From Candidatus Peregrinibacteria bacterium (GTDB lineage: Bacteria; Patescibacteriota; Gracilibacteria; UBA1369; UBA12473), in NCBI GenBank assembly GCA_018659585.1, contig JABJMC010000022.1:9104-73103 (forward strand): a DNA stretch of 64,000 bases, written 5' to 3'. Positions 44,101 through 52,950 of this stretch are shown piece after piece. The position numbers and the translations under genes were made by a program. How positions within the stretch are numbered: the first letter of the stretch is position 1; every line of letters begins with the position of its first letter. A model generated the notes under the pieces. That model saw nothing but the letters and a program-made list of their open reading frames with translations, was not told where the DNA came from and ran no database searches.

Positions 44101-45042
44101 ATGAAACACCTCCCAAAAAATTCCAAAAAACCAGCCCTCACCATTATTGAGCTCATTGTGGCCATGTCACTTTTTGCCATTCTCGCCACTATGGGGGTTA
44201 TTTTGCTAAGCAATGTTTCCAAAATGAGCCGTGAAGCCGAAATGGAGGAATACCTTTTCACCGAAACTCAAGCTGTTATCGAACGAATTTCCAAAACAAT
44301 CCAAGATTCTGCCATTGATTACGAGGAGTATAATAGTCGTTTATTAGAACAAACCATCGATCCTTCGATTGATTCTTACGCCGGAAATTCCACTTATGGG
44401 GACAACTATGGTTCCTATCACGCTAAATTTTTTAGTGGTACCAGTGAAATTGGTATCAACCCCTCTAGTGCTAGTGAGACTGATGCCGAAGCCAATGCTT
44501 TCTGTGGAGGCACACTTACCTGTTCTGACACCATTGATTATCACGAAACCACTGAACTTTATTTAATTGATAAAACTGGTACCGAACGCACCTTTTTTGT
44601 AACTGAAGACGATTCAGATGGAAACAAAGCTATTGCCATGGTGATAATGGAAGGAACCGATACTGATGCCAATGGTTTAATAGATACCTGGGCATGTGCC
44701 ACTGAACCTATTTTTACTTGTACCGGAGTAGACAACCACCCTCTGGCCACTGATCGTAACGATCTCAATCGAGATAATGATGATTTTGTACCTCTCACTC
44801 CTTCTAACATCAACATCGAAGAACTTTACTTTTACATCTCCCCTCTCGAAGACCCTTACAAGGGCTTTGCCGAAGACAGTTCCGCTGTAATTGAAAGTGT
44901 TCAGGTTCAACCCAAGGTTACAATTATGATCAAAGCTACTTATGTAGCTGACAATGTTCTAGGAGAAACCCCAGAAGTAACCCTTCAAACCACCATTGGA
45001 ACTGGTGTTTATAACAAAACATCAACCGCTAACTCTGACTAA
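44101..45042 (+). CDS. Type IV pilin / pseudopilin-like protein (prepilin-type N-terminal cleavage/methylation motif)
   Basis: MKHLPKNSKKPA|LTIIELIVAMSLFAILATMGVILL has a short basic leader. It has A at -1, E at +5 and a hydrophobic alpha1 helix, followed by a T/D/E-rich globular part. Confidence 0.7.
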   Translation: MKHLPKNSKKPALTIIELIVAMSLFAILATMGVILLSNVSKMSREAEMEEYLFTETQAVIERISKTIQDSAIDYEEYNSRLLEQTIDPSIDSYAGNSTYGDNYGSYHAKFFSGTSEIGINPSSASETDAEANAFCGGTLTCSDTIDYHETTELYLIDKTGTERTFFVTEDDSDGNKAIAMVIMEGTDTDANGLIDTWACATEPIFTCTGVDNHPLATDRNDLNRDNDDFVPLTPSNINIEELYFYISPLEDPYKGFAEDSSAVIESVQVQPKVTIMIKATYVADNVLGETPEVTLQTTIGTGVYNKTSTANSD

Positions 45043-45126
45043 AGTTTCAAAATCTTTTGACAAAAACCCCGCCCAAACCTATTAGGGCTTCTTGACACAC
45101 CCCTTAAAAAAACTTTGGAAAAAACC

Positions 45127-45155
45127 TTGCTTCCCCTAAACCTATCCTGTAGAAT
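45127..45155 (+). promoter_or_regulatory. Sigma70-like promoter candidate: TTGCTT-N17-TAGAAT, upstream of infA
   Basis: -35 at 45127-45132 and -10 at 45150-45155. An AGGAG lies at 45170-45174, before the ATG at 45178. Confidence 0.45.
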
Positions 45156-45177
45156 CCTATAGCTTTAACAGGAGTCT

Positions 45178-45555
45178 ATGGCTAAACAAGTAATTCAAAT
45201 TGACGGAATCGTAAATGAATGTTTACCAAATACGACCTTCCGCGTGCGGCTCAATGATCCTAATTATCCTAGTGATCACACTGTCCTTTGTCACCTTTCC
45301 GGAAAAATGCGCATTCACTACATTCGCATCATCCCTGGTGACCACGTCACAATTGAATTAACTCCTTACGACCTTACTAAAGGACGTATCGTTTACCGCC
45401 ACAAAGGCGCTCCTAAAAGAAAAACTGAGGAGGAAATCAAAGCTGAGGCTGAAGCTACTACTGAGGAAGGAGCTACTACTGAAACTGAAGCTACTTCCGA
45501 AGCTACTTCCGAAGATGCTTCCGAAGAATCCTCCGAAACCTCTCAAGAATCTTAA
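45178..45555 (+). CDS. infA: Translation initiation factor IF-1 with a 48-aa acidic T/E/A/S-repeat C-terminal tail
   Basis: The S1-like core is [10 protein letters not shown]...[39 protein letters not shown]. The tail is [48 protein letters not shown]. Confidence 0.92.
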   Translation: MAKQVIQIDGIVNECLPNTTFRVRLNDPNYPSDHTVLCHLSGKMRIHYIRIIPGDHVTIELTPYDLTKGRIVYRHKGAPKRKTEEEIKAEAEATTEEGATTETEATSEATSEDASEESSETSQES

Positions 45556-45568
45556 ACCCTAAAATGAT

Positions 45569-45685
45569 ATGAAAGTTCGCGCTTCCGTTAAAAAGATCTG
45601 TCCAAAATGCCAAATCGTTACTAGAAAACGCGTGGTTCGTGTCATTTGTCCGTCTAAGAAAAAACATAAACAACGACAAGGCTAA
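45569..45685 (+). CDS. rpmJ: 50S ribosomal protein L36 (38 aa, zinc-ribbon form)
   Basis: It is not in the ORF track because it is shorter than 60 aa. Manual translation gives [38 protein letters not shown]. It lies between infA and rpsM as expected. Confidence 0.9.
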   Translation: MKVRASVKKICPKCQIVTRKRVVRVICPSKKKHKQRQG

Positions 45686-45697
45686 CCCTTATTTACT

Positions 45698-46081
45698 ATG
45701 ATTCGTATTGCTGGAGTCACACTCCCCGCCACTAAACGTGTAGAAATCGGCCTCACCTATATTTATGGGATTGGTCGTTCTCTTAGTCGTAAAATCCTTA
45801 ATGACCTAAATATCAATTTCGATACTAAGGTTAAGGATTTAAATGAGTCTGAAGAGAAAAAACTAAGAGATGCCATTGAAAAGATTCCTAACGAAGGCGA
45901 TCTTCGTCGCAAAAAAACCTTAGACATCAAACGTCTTCAAGACATTGGTTCTTATCGAGGCTTTCGTCATCGTCGAAGACTCCCTTCCCGAGGACAAAAA
46001 ACTCAAACTAATGCTCGCACTCTCCGTGGCAAGAAAAAAGTCGGAGTTGGTAGCGGTAAACGTAAAGACCTCAAAAAATAA
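45698..46081 (+). CDS. rpsM: 30S ribosomal protein S13
   Basis: [28 protein letters not shown]...[23 protein letters not shown]. Confidence 0.96.
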   Translation: MIRIAGVTLPATKRVEIGLTYIYGIGRSLSRKILNDLNINFDTKVKDLNESEEKKLRDAIEKIPNEGDLRRKKTLDIKRLQDIGSYRGFRHRRRLPSRGQKTQTNARTLRGKKKVGVGSGKRKDLKK

Positions 46082-46096
46082 CCCTTAATTTTAATC

Positions 46097-46495
46097 ATGG
46101 CCGACAAGAAAAAAACCATTAAGAAAAAAGTTAGCCGCAAACGCCGTAATATTCCTGAAGGACGCGTCAACATCCACGCTGGATCTAATAACACTATTGT
46201 TACTGTTGCTGGTCCTAACGGTGATGTTGTTGCTTGGAGTTCTTCTGGCTCTAGCGGGTTTAAGGGAACTAAAAAATCAACTCCTTACGCCGCCCAAATT
46301 GCCGCTGAAAATGCCGCTGAAAAAGCAAAGGCTTACGGCATGGAACGTGTTCACGTTTGCGTAAAAGGAATTGGTAACGGAAGAGAGCAAGCTATCCGCG
46401 GACTTATCGCTGGTGGACTTGAAATTCTTTCTATTAGCGATGTTACACCTCTCCCACACAATGGCTGCCGAAAACGCCGCCCTCGAAGAGTTTAA
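46097..46495 (+). CDS. rpsK: 30S ribosomal protein S11
   Basis: [44 protein letters not shown]. Confidence 0.96.
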   Translation: MADKKKTIKKKVSRKRRNIPEGRVNIHAGSNNTIVTVAGPNGDVVAWSSSGSSGFKGTKKSTPYAAQIAAENAAEKAKAYGMERVHVCVKGIGNGREQAIRGLIAGGLEILSISDVTPLPHNGCRKRRPRRV

Positions 46496-46512
46496 TTAAC
46501 CTTATATCTAAT

Positions 46513-47130
46513 ATGTCTCGTTATATTGGCCCTCGGGCCCGACACTGCCGCCGATTTGGAACCAATATTTACGGCTCCGATAAATTCGACAAAATTCTAG
46601 GAAAACGTAATTATCCTCCTGGAATGCACGGTCAAGGCCGCTTTAAGAAAAAATCTGAATACGCCAAACAACTTGATGCTAAACAAATGGCTCGCTTTAT
46701 GTTTGGAGTAAACGAAAAACAATTTCGACGTTATTATTCCAAAGCTGATCGTTCCCCAGAAGTAACTGGTGAACAATTACTTCGCCTACTAGAAATCCGT
46801 TTAGATAATTTACTTTTCCGCGCTGGATTTGGAATCACTCGCGCTCAATGCCGACAAATGGCAAGTCACGGACTTATTAATGTAAATGGCACCCGCGTGA
46901 CTGTTCCTTCAATTCAAGTTCGCATTGGCGACAAAATTGAAATTCGCAAAAGAAGCGCTAATAGCCCACTTTTTGCTGATCTAAAAGGTGGAAAAACTAA
47001 AATTAAACCGCCTTCTTGGCTTAAGGTTGAAGCTAAAACCCTAACCATAGAAGTTTTATCTATCCCTGCCAAAGATGAGCTAGAACAAAGCATCGATAGT
47101 CAGCTCATCGTTGAATTCTATTCTAAGTAA
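46513..47130 (+). CDS. rpsD: 30S ribosomal protein S4
   Basis: MSRYIGPRARHCRRFG...LEIRLDNLLFRAGF..TRAQCRQMASHGLINVNG. Confidence 0.95.
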   Translation: MSRYIGPRARHCRRFGTNIYGSDKFDKILGKRNYPPGMHGQGRFKKKSEYAKQLDAKQMARFMFGVNEKQFRRYYSKADRSPEVTGEQLLRLLEIRLDNLLFRAGFGITRAQCRQMASHGLINVNGTRVTVPSIQVRIGDKIEIRKRSANSPLFADLKGGKTKIKPPSWLKVEAKTLTIEVLSIPAKDELEQSIDSQLIVEFYSK

Positions 47131-47140
47131 CCCTTTAAAA

Positions 47141-48136
47141 ATGCATATCATCCAGGAAGAAATCGGTCTCCCTAAGATTGTACCTAAGGTACTAGGAGAC
47201 AATCATGTTATCTTCACTATTGCACCACTTCCTCCAGGGTACGGAATGACTCTTGGTAACGCTCTTCGCCGCGTACTTTTGTCTTCACTGCCTGGGGCTG
47301 CTATTTCTGGAGTGAAAATCAAAGGAGTTTCACACGAATACAGCACTCTAAAAGGGGTTAAAGACAGTGTTCTCGACATTATCCTTAATCTCAAACAAGT
47401 AGAATTAAAGAAAGAAACTAAAGAAAAAAGCACCATTAAGCTTAAAAAATCTGGTCCTGGTGATGTTTTTGCTAAAGATTTTGATTGCTCAAGTGATGTT
47501 ACTGTTCTCAATCCTGATCTTTACATTACTAGCTTAGACAACAAGTCAGCTTCTATTGAAATGGAACTTTACGTGGATAAAGGAGTTGGATATTTACCGA
47601 CTCAACTGCAAAAAAATGACGAAGCTGGACTTATTCAGGTTGATGCTAACTTTTCTCCGCTCAAACGTATTCGTTACGACACCGAATATACTCGTGTTGG
47701 TCAAATGACTAACCTCGATAAGCTCACTATGGAATTGCAAACTAACGGTGCAATTACTCCTGAAGATGCGCTTAAATTCTCAGCTAATATCTTAAAATCC
47801 TACTATGGATTATTTGATATGGATGAGATCCCAGTAGAGAGTGATTTCATCTCTGATTACAACAAGATTGTAGCCAAGGCTTCCGAAGAAGAAGCTAGCA
47901 CTCCAGCTCAAGAATCTTACACTCCAATTGAAATTCTTGGACTTTCCCCACGTACTTTAAATTCACTTATTAACGGCGGCATTGGTTCAATTGAACAACT
48001 TGTTAAATGCAATGAAGCCAAACTCAGCAACCTTCGAGGATTCGGTAAAAAAGCTCTTAATGAAGTAGCCGATGCTTTGGACGGTCGTGACTTAACCCTA
48101 TCTGGTGACGAAGACGGTTCTGAACCAGCTGAATAA
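47141..48136 (+). CDS. rpoA: DNA-directed RNA polymerase alpha subunit
   Basis: PLPPGYGMTLGNALRRVLLSSLPGAAI. The C-terminal domain shows IEILGLSPRTLNSL...GFGKKALNEV. The ATG at 47141 is preferred to the track start at 47111, which overlaps rpsD. Confidence 0.94.
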   Translation: MHIIQEEIGLPKIVPKVLGDNHVIFTIAPLPPGYGMTLGNALRRVLLSSLPGAAISGVKIKGVSHEYSTLKGVKDSVLDIILNLKQVELKKETKEKSTIKLKKSGPGDVFAKDFDCSSDVTVLNPDLYITSLDNKSASIEMELYVDKGVGYLPTQLQKNDEAGLIQVDANFSPLKRIRYDTEYTRVGQMTNLDKLTMELQTNGAITPEDALKFSANILKSYYGLFDMDEIPVESDFISDYNKIVAKASEEEASTPAQESYTPIEILGLSPRTLNSLINGGIGSIEQLVKCNEAKLSNLRGFGKKALNEVADALDGRDLTLSGDEDGSEPAE

Positions 48137-48157
48137 TCTTAATTAATATTACTCAAA

Positions 48158-48526
48158 ATGAGACATCGCTCTAAAAGACGTTCCTTCGGACGACAAACAG
48201 ACCACCAAAAAGCTATGCTTAAAAATCTGGTGACTTCAATCCTTCTTTACGAAAAGATTAAAACCACCGAAGCCAAAGCTAAAGAAGTGGCTCCTTATGT
48301 TGAAAAACTTATTACTATCGCTAAAGCTGGTGAATCTGGCAAAAAGCCTAAGGTCAATGTTATTCGCGCTCTAAAAGCAGCTACTTATGATGAGAATGCT
48401 TCTCGAAAACTGCTCGAAGAGATTGCCAAACGTTACACTGATCGCAACTCTGGCTTTACTCGTATTACTCACTTAGGACCGCGCGCTGGAGATGCTGCTC
48501 CCATGGTCCAAATTGAACTTGTCTAA
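48158..48526 (+). CDS. rplQ: 50S ribosomal protein L17
   Basis: MRHRSKRRSFGRQTDHQKAMLKNLVTSILLYEKIKTTEAKAKE. Confidence 0.95.
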   Translation: MRHRSKRRSFGRQTDHQKAMLKNLVTSILLYEKIKTTEAKAKEVAPYVEKLITIAKAGESGKKPKVNVIRALKAATYDENASRKLLEEIAKRYTDRNSGFTRITHLGPRAGDAAPMVQIELV

Positions 48527-48543
48527 CCTAAAATTCTTATCCA

Positions 48544-48975
48544 ATGAAATTAACGACTGCTGCTAAACATAAAGACTTTACTCCAAAATGGTATCTCATT
48601 GATGCCGAAAAAATGGTACTTGGAAAACTAGCTACCGAGGTTGCCAACATTCTTCGTGGCAAAAACAAAGCTGTTTTTAGCCGCCATGTTGACTGTGGTG
48701 ATCACGTAGTTATTATCAACGCTGAAAAAATAGTCCTAACAGGATCAAAACTCGATCAAAAAATGTACCGCAGCCACAGTGGATATCTTGGGAATCTCAA
48801 GGAAACTCCTGCTAAAGAAGTTCTCAAAAAGAAACCTACTAAAATTATAGAAAAAGCAGTGTACGGAATGCTTCCCAAAAACAAGCTCCGCAAACTTTTC
48901 ATGAATAAACTTTATCTTTACGCCGGTCCAGAACACAAACACGCCGGTCAAAATCCTGAACCATATAAAATCTAA
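48544..48975 (+). CDS. rplM: 50S ribosomal protein L13
   Basis: WYLIDAEKMVLGKLATEVANILRGKNK..F..HVDCGDHVVIINAEKI. Confidence 0.95.
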   Translation: MKLTTAAKHKDFTPKWYLIDAEKMVLGKLATEVANILRGKNKAVFSRHVDCGDHVVIINAEKIVLTGSKLDQKMYRSHSGYLGNLKETPAKEVLKKKPTKIIEKAVYGMLPKNKLRKLFMNKLYLYAGPEHKHAGQNPEPYKI

Positions 48976-48980
48976 TTTTC

Positions 48981-49418
48981 ATGCCTAAAACTGAAGAAAC
49001 TGTTGAAGCCAAAGGTCCTACCTTTAACGGCAAATACCACTACGCTAGCGGTAAACGCAAAACATCAATTGCGCGTGTTCGTTTATACGAAAAAGGACAA
49101 GGACGCATTGTAATTAACGGCAAACCTTTCAAAAAATATTTAACTGTTAAAGAGACTTACGGCATTGTTCAGTCCCCGCTTAATATTACTAGCCATCTAA
49201 AAACCTTTGATATCTCAGTAATTGTAATAGGTGGCGGAATGCACTCCCAATCCGAAGCTGTTCGTCATGGAATTGCTAAAGCTTTGGTTGAATTTGACCC
49301 TGAATTACGCGGAACACTTAAAAAAGCTGGTTTTCTTACTCGCGACTCACGTATTAAAGAACGTAAAAAATACGGTCTCAAACGAGCTCGAAGAGCGCCA
49401 CAGTTTAGTAAGCGTTAG
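48981..49418 (+). CDS. rpsI: 30S ribosomal protein S9
   Basis: GKRKTSIARVRL..G.G.I.ING...GGG...Q.EAVRHGIAKAL...GFLTRD.R.KERKKYG...ARR.PQFSKR. Confidence 0.95.
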   Translation: MPKTEETVEAKGPTFNGKYHYASGKRKTSIARVRLYEKGQGRIVINGKPFKKYLTVKETYGIVQSPLNITSHLKTFDISVIVIGGGMHSQSEAVRHGIAKALVEFDPELRGTLKKAGFLTRDSRIKERKKYGLKRARRAPQFSKR

Positions 49419-49427
49419 AGTACAGGT

Positions 49428-52223
49428 TTATTCACTATAAACTTCCCCTGTTTCTTCATCGTATTTTACGTATCCATTTATTCCCTGGGTATCTTGAATA
49501 TCGTACCATTCTCCTCCTTGTGGAGCATACTCACGCCAATAGTAATAATCTGAATATTCAGGTTTTCTTTGTTCAATAAGTCCCAATGATTGCGCACTTA
49601 CTGAGTCCCAAGGGAAAGTTGTCGCACTAACATCACAAAGGGGCTCTGTCAAAGCCTGTAACCGGCCAGTCTCAGGATCAATTCTTACCTTATAAATGTC
49701 ACCAATTTCTTGCACATTAAATTCAAGTTGTAATTCTTCTAATCTAGCCTGCTTGTCATCCGAAAACTCCGTTCCCTGCGCCAAAGATTCTTTGCGCTCT
49801 GTTCTTAACTGCAGTAATTCCTCTTTTTTCTCTCGCCACCAATAAACATAAGGAAGATTTATATAGCGGTTCACAGCCACTCCATGCCCAAAGGGGGTAA
49901 TGTAAAGAACTTGCAAATTCTCCGGAGCATTCATAATCTCAAAATAATCTTCCTCTAGTTCCAATTTTTGCCCCATAACGCCGGCCCCACTCCAAGTTAA
50001 ATTACTATAATCACTTTCATCATAACGATCCAGCCCATTAATAATTCGATAACAACGCGCCACAGCTGTCATTTGCTGAATTTCAGATAAATTGAAACTC
50101 CTAGATCCCTTCAAAGCTTCTTTGTAATAAACCAAAGCCCGATCTAAATCAACTTCATTAGCTGGAGAGGCAGTATCAAATAATTGTGCAACATAAAGCA
50201 TGCTTAACCCAGCCATTTCATTCTCTAATTCAAAATATAATTCTGGATCACCATTATCCATGATTTCTCGATATCGCCCTCTGTATATTGGCGAATTCTC
50301 ATACCTTTTCAAAACTTCTTCTCTAAGATCAGGATCATCCGGAACCAACCATTTACCCAACGTTTCTCGCCTAACTTCTGGAGTACTCCATTCCTCCCGA
50401 CATTTTTCTTTAACATCCTGCTCCATCAATACCCATTCCTCCACTTTTGAAGTTTCTTGCCCCTCCTCAAGAGTAGCCAAATATTTATCTGTTTCTTCAA
50501 CGGTCATAAAATACCAAACAACATTTGAACGAGCGTCAATTATTTTACTTCGAATGCGAGCTACATCTTCCTCATCCATCCCCTCTAATTGCGCCTCTAA
50601 ATCATCAAAAAACTGAATCGCCCTTTCTACTATAACTTTTCGTTCCCTTTCATTAGATGGAACAATTGAATCTAAATTATGATATCTCCTTCTTGACCCT
50701 GGGAAATAAGCCCTCTCTAAATAACGTTCAAACATATCTAAATACATATCCGGAGTAGTAAAAAACTCACTCCCACTATGTACTGCAGTCCCTTCTAACG
50801 CCCTTTGAATAGCTTTTTGCCACTCTCCATCTACATCCACTCGACTCTTCCCCAAATCCCTATTCCACTCCCATAAAGTCGCTCGTCGATAATGAGCATA
50901 AGCTAAGCTAATTTCTGGGGGGGTATCAAATAAACCTTCCCCATCATCTTCACAAACTGTTTCTAGTAATTCAATTCCTTGGTTTAATAATCTATTCGCT
51001 AACTCTGGATTTTGTTCCCGAATATCTTCATGCAATAAACTATTCGCCAAATCTATATAAATCCGACCACGAATTTGTGGATTCATGTCCATTCCTCGAG
51101 TCTGCAAAAATTTCACAAAATATTCTCGATTTCTAATTCTGATACCTGGTCCATGTGGTTGCTCGCCAGCTACTCCATACTTGTGCTCACCTAATAAAAG
51201 TATATAAAATTCTACATCTGAAAAACCAAAATTATTCCCTCTTTCCGCAAGTATATCCATTTCATCAATATCTCTAACCTTATAAGCAGTACTATTATCT
51301 ATATACAACTCACCTGTTGAACCTTTATTATCTTTGTCCCCATACAATTTCACTGCCTCGCCCTGTGCTTGCAAAACTTCATCTATTAAGTCTCTTTCGC
51401 CCTGTGGAAGATTTTCAAAATAAACTCCAACCAAAATATTTTCCGACTCATAGCGTACTAAAGCTCTGCCCACCTTTTCTATTTCATTAAAAACTTCATC
51501 CGCCTCGCAAGCAAACTGGTAACGATCTCTAAGCGACTCATCAATTTGACCAGAGGTCCGCCAGCCTTCTAAATCACTAAAAAGGTTTGTAAAAGCACCC
51601 GCATAACCACTTGTTGGATACCTTCCAATATCTTGAATTTTCTTATAGGCTCTAAAAACCTTTTTACGGTCTCCACTTTCTAACATATTTTGCAAAGACT
51701 GTAGTTGCAAATTCATCAGCTTTTTCTCATCAAACCAATCTAAATCATCAATTGCATAATAATAATATCCATAATGATCAAAAAGTCTCTCTGCCCCCCC
51801 TGAAAACTGCTCCAAATAATTCACATAAGTTCGAAAAACTCCCTCATCAAATCCCTCCCTTAAAGTTTTTTCATAAGCAATACATTGCGCTTCATCAGGT
51901 TGACGTTGCGGCTTTGGGGCATAACCCAAACGCCTCAATTCTTTTTTTTGCATCGGAACTGTATAACCAACGTGTAAGGCACTTGTTAATGAATCTAAGA
52001 TCTCCTGATCAGCACCGGCTGCTAATTGATCCTCAATAATTTCTATTAACATTTCTTTCTTTGCCTGAGGCTCCAATGACAAAAACTCCTGATCTTCCAG
52101 GTTAACATCCAGAGCCTCCGACACTTCAACCGGACGCAGGGCTCCTGGCCGAGGCGGCTTAGGTCGAGGAGGCTTGGGTTTATTCTGAAAAATAAAAGAA
52201 TGGGGAGAATTGTGAGAAAACAT
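49428..52223 (-). CDS. Large hypothetical protein (931 aa), soluble, acidic and aromatic-rich, with no recognisable domain
   Basis: An uninterrupted 2.8-kb ORF with host-like codon usage. It has a proline-rich N-terminus (KPKPPRPKPPRPG). I saw no Walker A, HExxH, TM segment or signal peptide. Confidence 0.6.
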   Translation of the reverse strand: MFSHNSPHSFIFQNKPKPPRPKPPRPGALRPVEVSEALDVNLEDQEFLSLEPQAKKEMLIEIIEDQLAAGADQEILDSLTSALHVGYTVPMQKKELRRLGYAPKPQRQPDEAQCIAYEKTLREGFDEGVFRTYVNYLEQFSGGAERLFDHYGYYYYAIDDLDWFDEKKLMNLQLQSLQNMLESGDRKKVFRAYKKIQDIGRYPTSGYAGAFTNLFSDLEGWRTSGQIDESLRDRYQFACEADEVFNEIEKVGRALVRYESENILVGVYFENLPQGERDLIDEVLQAQGEAVKLYGDKDNKGSTGELYIDNSTAYKVRDIDEMDILAERGNNFGFSDVEFYILLLGEHKYGVAGEQPHGPGIRIRNREYFVKFLQTRGMDMNPQIRGRIYIDLANSLLHEDIREQNPELANRLLNQGIELLETVCEDDGEGLFDTPPEISLAYAHYRRATLWEWNRDLGKSRVDVDGEWQKAIQRALEGTAVHSGSEFFTTPDMYLDMFERYLERAYFPGSRRRYHNLDSIVPSNERERKVIVERAIQFFDDLEAQLEGMDEEDVARIRSKIIDARSNVVWYFMTVEETDKYLATLEEGQETSKVEEWVLMEQDVKEKCREEWSTPEVRRETLGKWLVPDDPDLREEVLKRYENSPIYRGRYREIMDNGDPELYFELENEMAGLSMLYVAQLFDTASPANEVDLDRALVYYKEALKGSRSFNLSEIQQMTAVARCYRIINGLDRYDESDYSNLTWSGAGVMGQKLELEEDYFEIMNAPENLQVLYITPFGHGVAVNRYINLPYVYWWREKKEELLQLRTERKESLAQGTEFSDDKQARLEELQLEFNVQEIGDIYKVRIDPETGRLQALTEPLCDVSATTFPWDSVSAQSLGLIEQRKPEYSDYYYWREYAPQGGEWYDIQDTQGINGYVKYDEETGEVYSE

Positions 52224-52284
52224 AATTTATTTTTATTTCTATCTTAATATTATAACATAAAAAACCAATCGAGTAAATATGCTA

Positions 52285-52314
52285 TTGACGACTTACTAAA
52301 TAACTAGCTAAAAT
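52285..52314 (+). promoter_or_regulatory. Promoter candidate: TTGACG-N18-TAAAAT
   Basis: -35 at 52285-52290 and -10 at 52309-52314, upstream of ORF 52342. Confidence 0.3.
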
Positions 52315-52341
52315 ACTCTCCTACCTTAACCACCCCACCAA

Positions 52342-52911
52342 ATGTTAGGATTAGACTTAGGGCAAAAAGCCCATGAATTAGCTGACAAAAGTCGTCAGGC
52401 TATTACTAATGTCCACACTGTTGCCCACGGGGCCAAAGAATTTGCTAGTGATTCTTGGTCAACTATGGCAATGGCCACAAAATTTGACGAGATTCCAGAT
52501 AACGCCCGCATGTTAGTCAATGGATTAACTCCGTCAAACAAAGAAGCGACCCGCATTCAAGCTGGCAAACTAGCGTACCAAGTTTTAAAAGACGCTGGCA
52601 TTCAACTTTCCAGTCAAGAACCACCCATGGGCGCTGATTTTGACCCGCATAGTTTTGACATCAAAGTCACGTTTTACTTCCCAGATGTTGCCGATGGGAT
52701 TGTTGTTATGAGTGACCAAGCTAAGGAGCCAGATTTCGAAACACTGCAAAGCATCCACGATCAACTTGAGGACCAATATCCATCCTGGGGAGTAGAGCCT
52801 ATTAAAGGAGGAGTCGTCATGCATGTTGATCGCGCTGATGTTGGCTTTAGAGAACTTTTTAAGGGACGAATAGATCGCGCTCTAAGGCCTATGTGTGGTT
52901 ACGACATGTAA
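52342..52911 (+). CDS. Hypothetical protein (189 aa)
   Basis: The ORF has host-like composition and no recognisable motif. Confidence 0.45.
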   Translation: MLGLDLGQKAHELADKSRQAITNVHTVAHGAKEFASDSWSTMAMATKFDEIPDNARMLVNGLTPSNKEATRIQAGKLAYQVLKDAGIQLSSQEPPMGADFDPHSFDIKVTFYFPDVADGIVVMSDQAKEPDFETLQSIHDQLEDQYPSWGVEPIKGGVVMHVDRADVGFRELFKGRIDRALRPMCGYDM

Positions 52912-52950
52912 AAGGTTCCCTTCCTGGTCGCTTCCCGGTAAAATACAGGC

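Noticed and set aside
43649-44104. 151-aa R/H/P-rich ORF on +, and 70-aa ORF on - (43722..43934), overlapping the GC3-rich gene
   Set aside because: These are typical shadow ORFs of a high-GC segment. Only the 43698..44015 frame shows third-position G/C bias together with hydrophobic helices.
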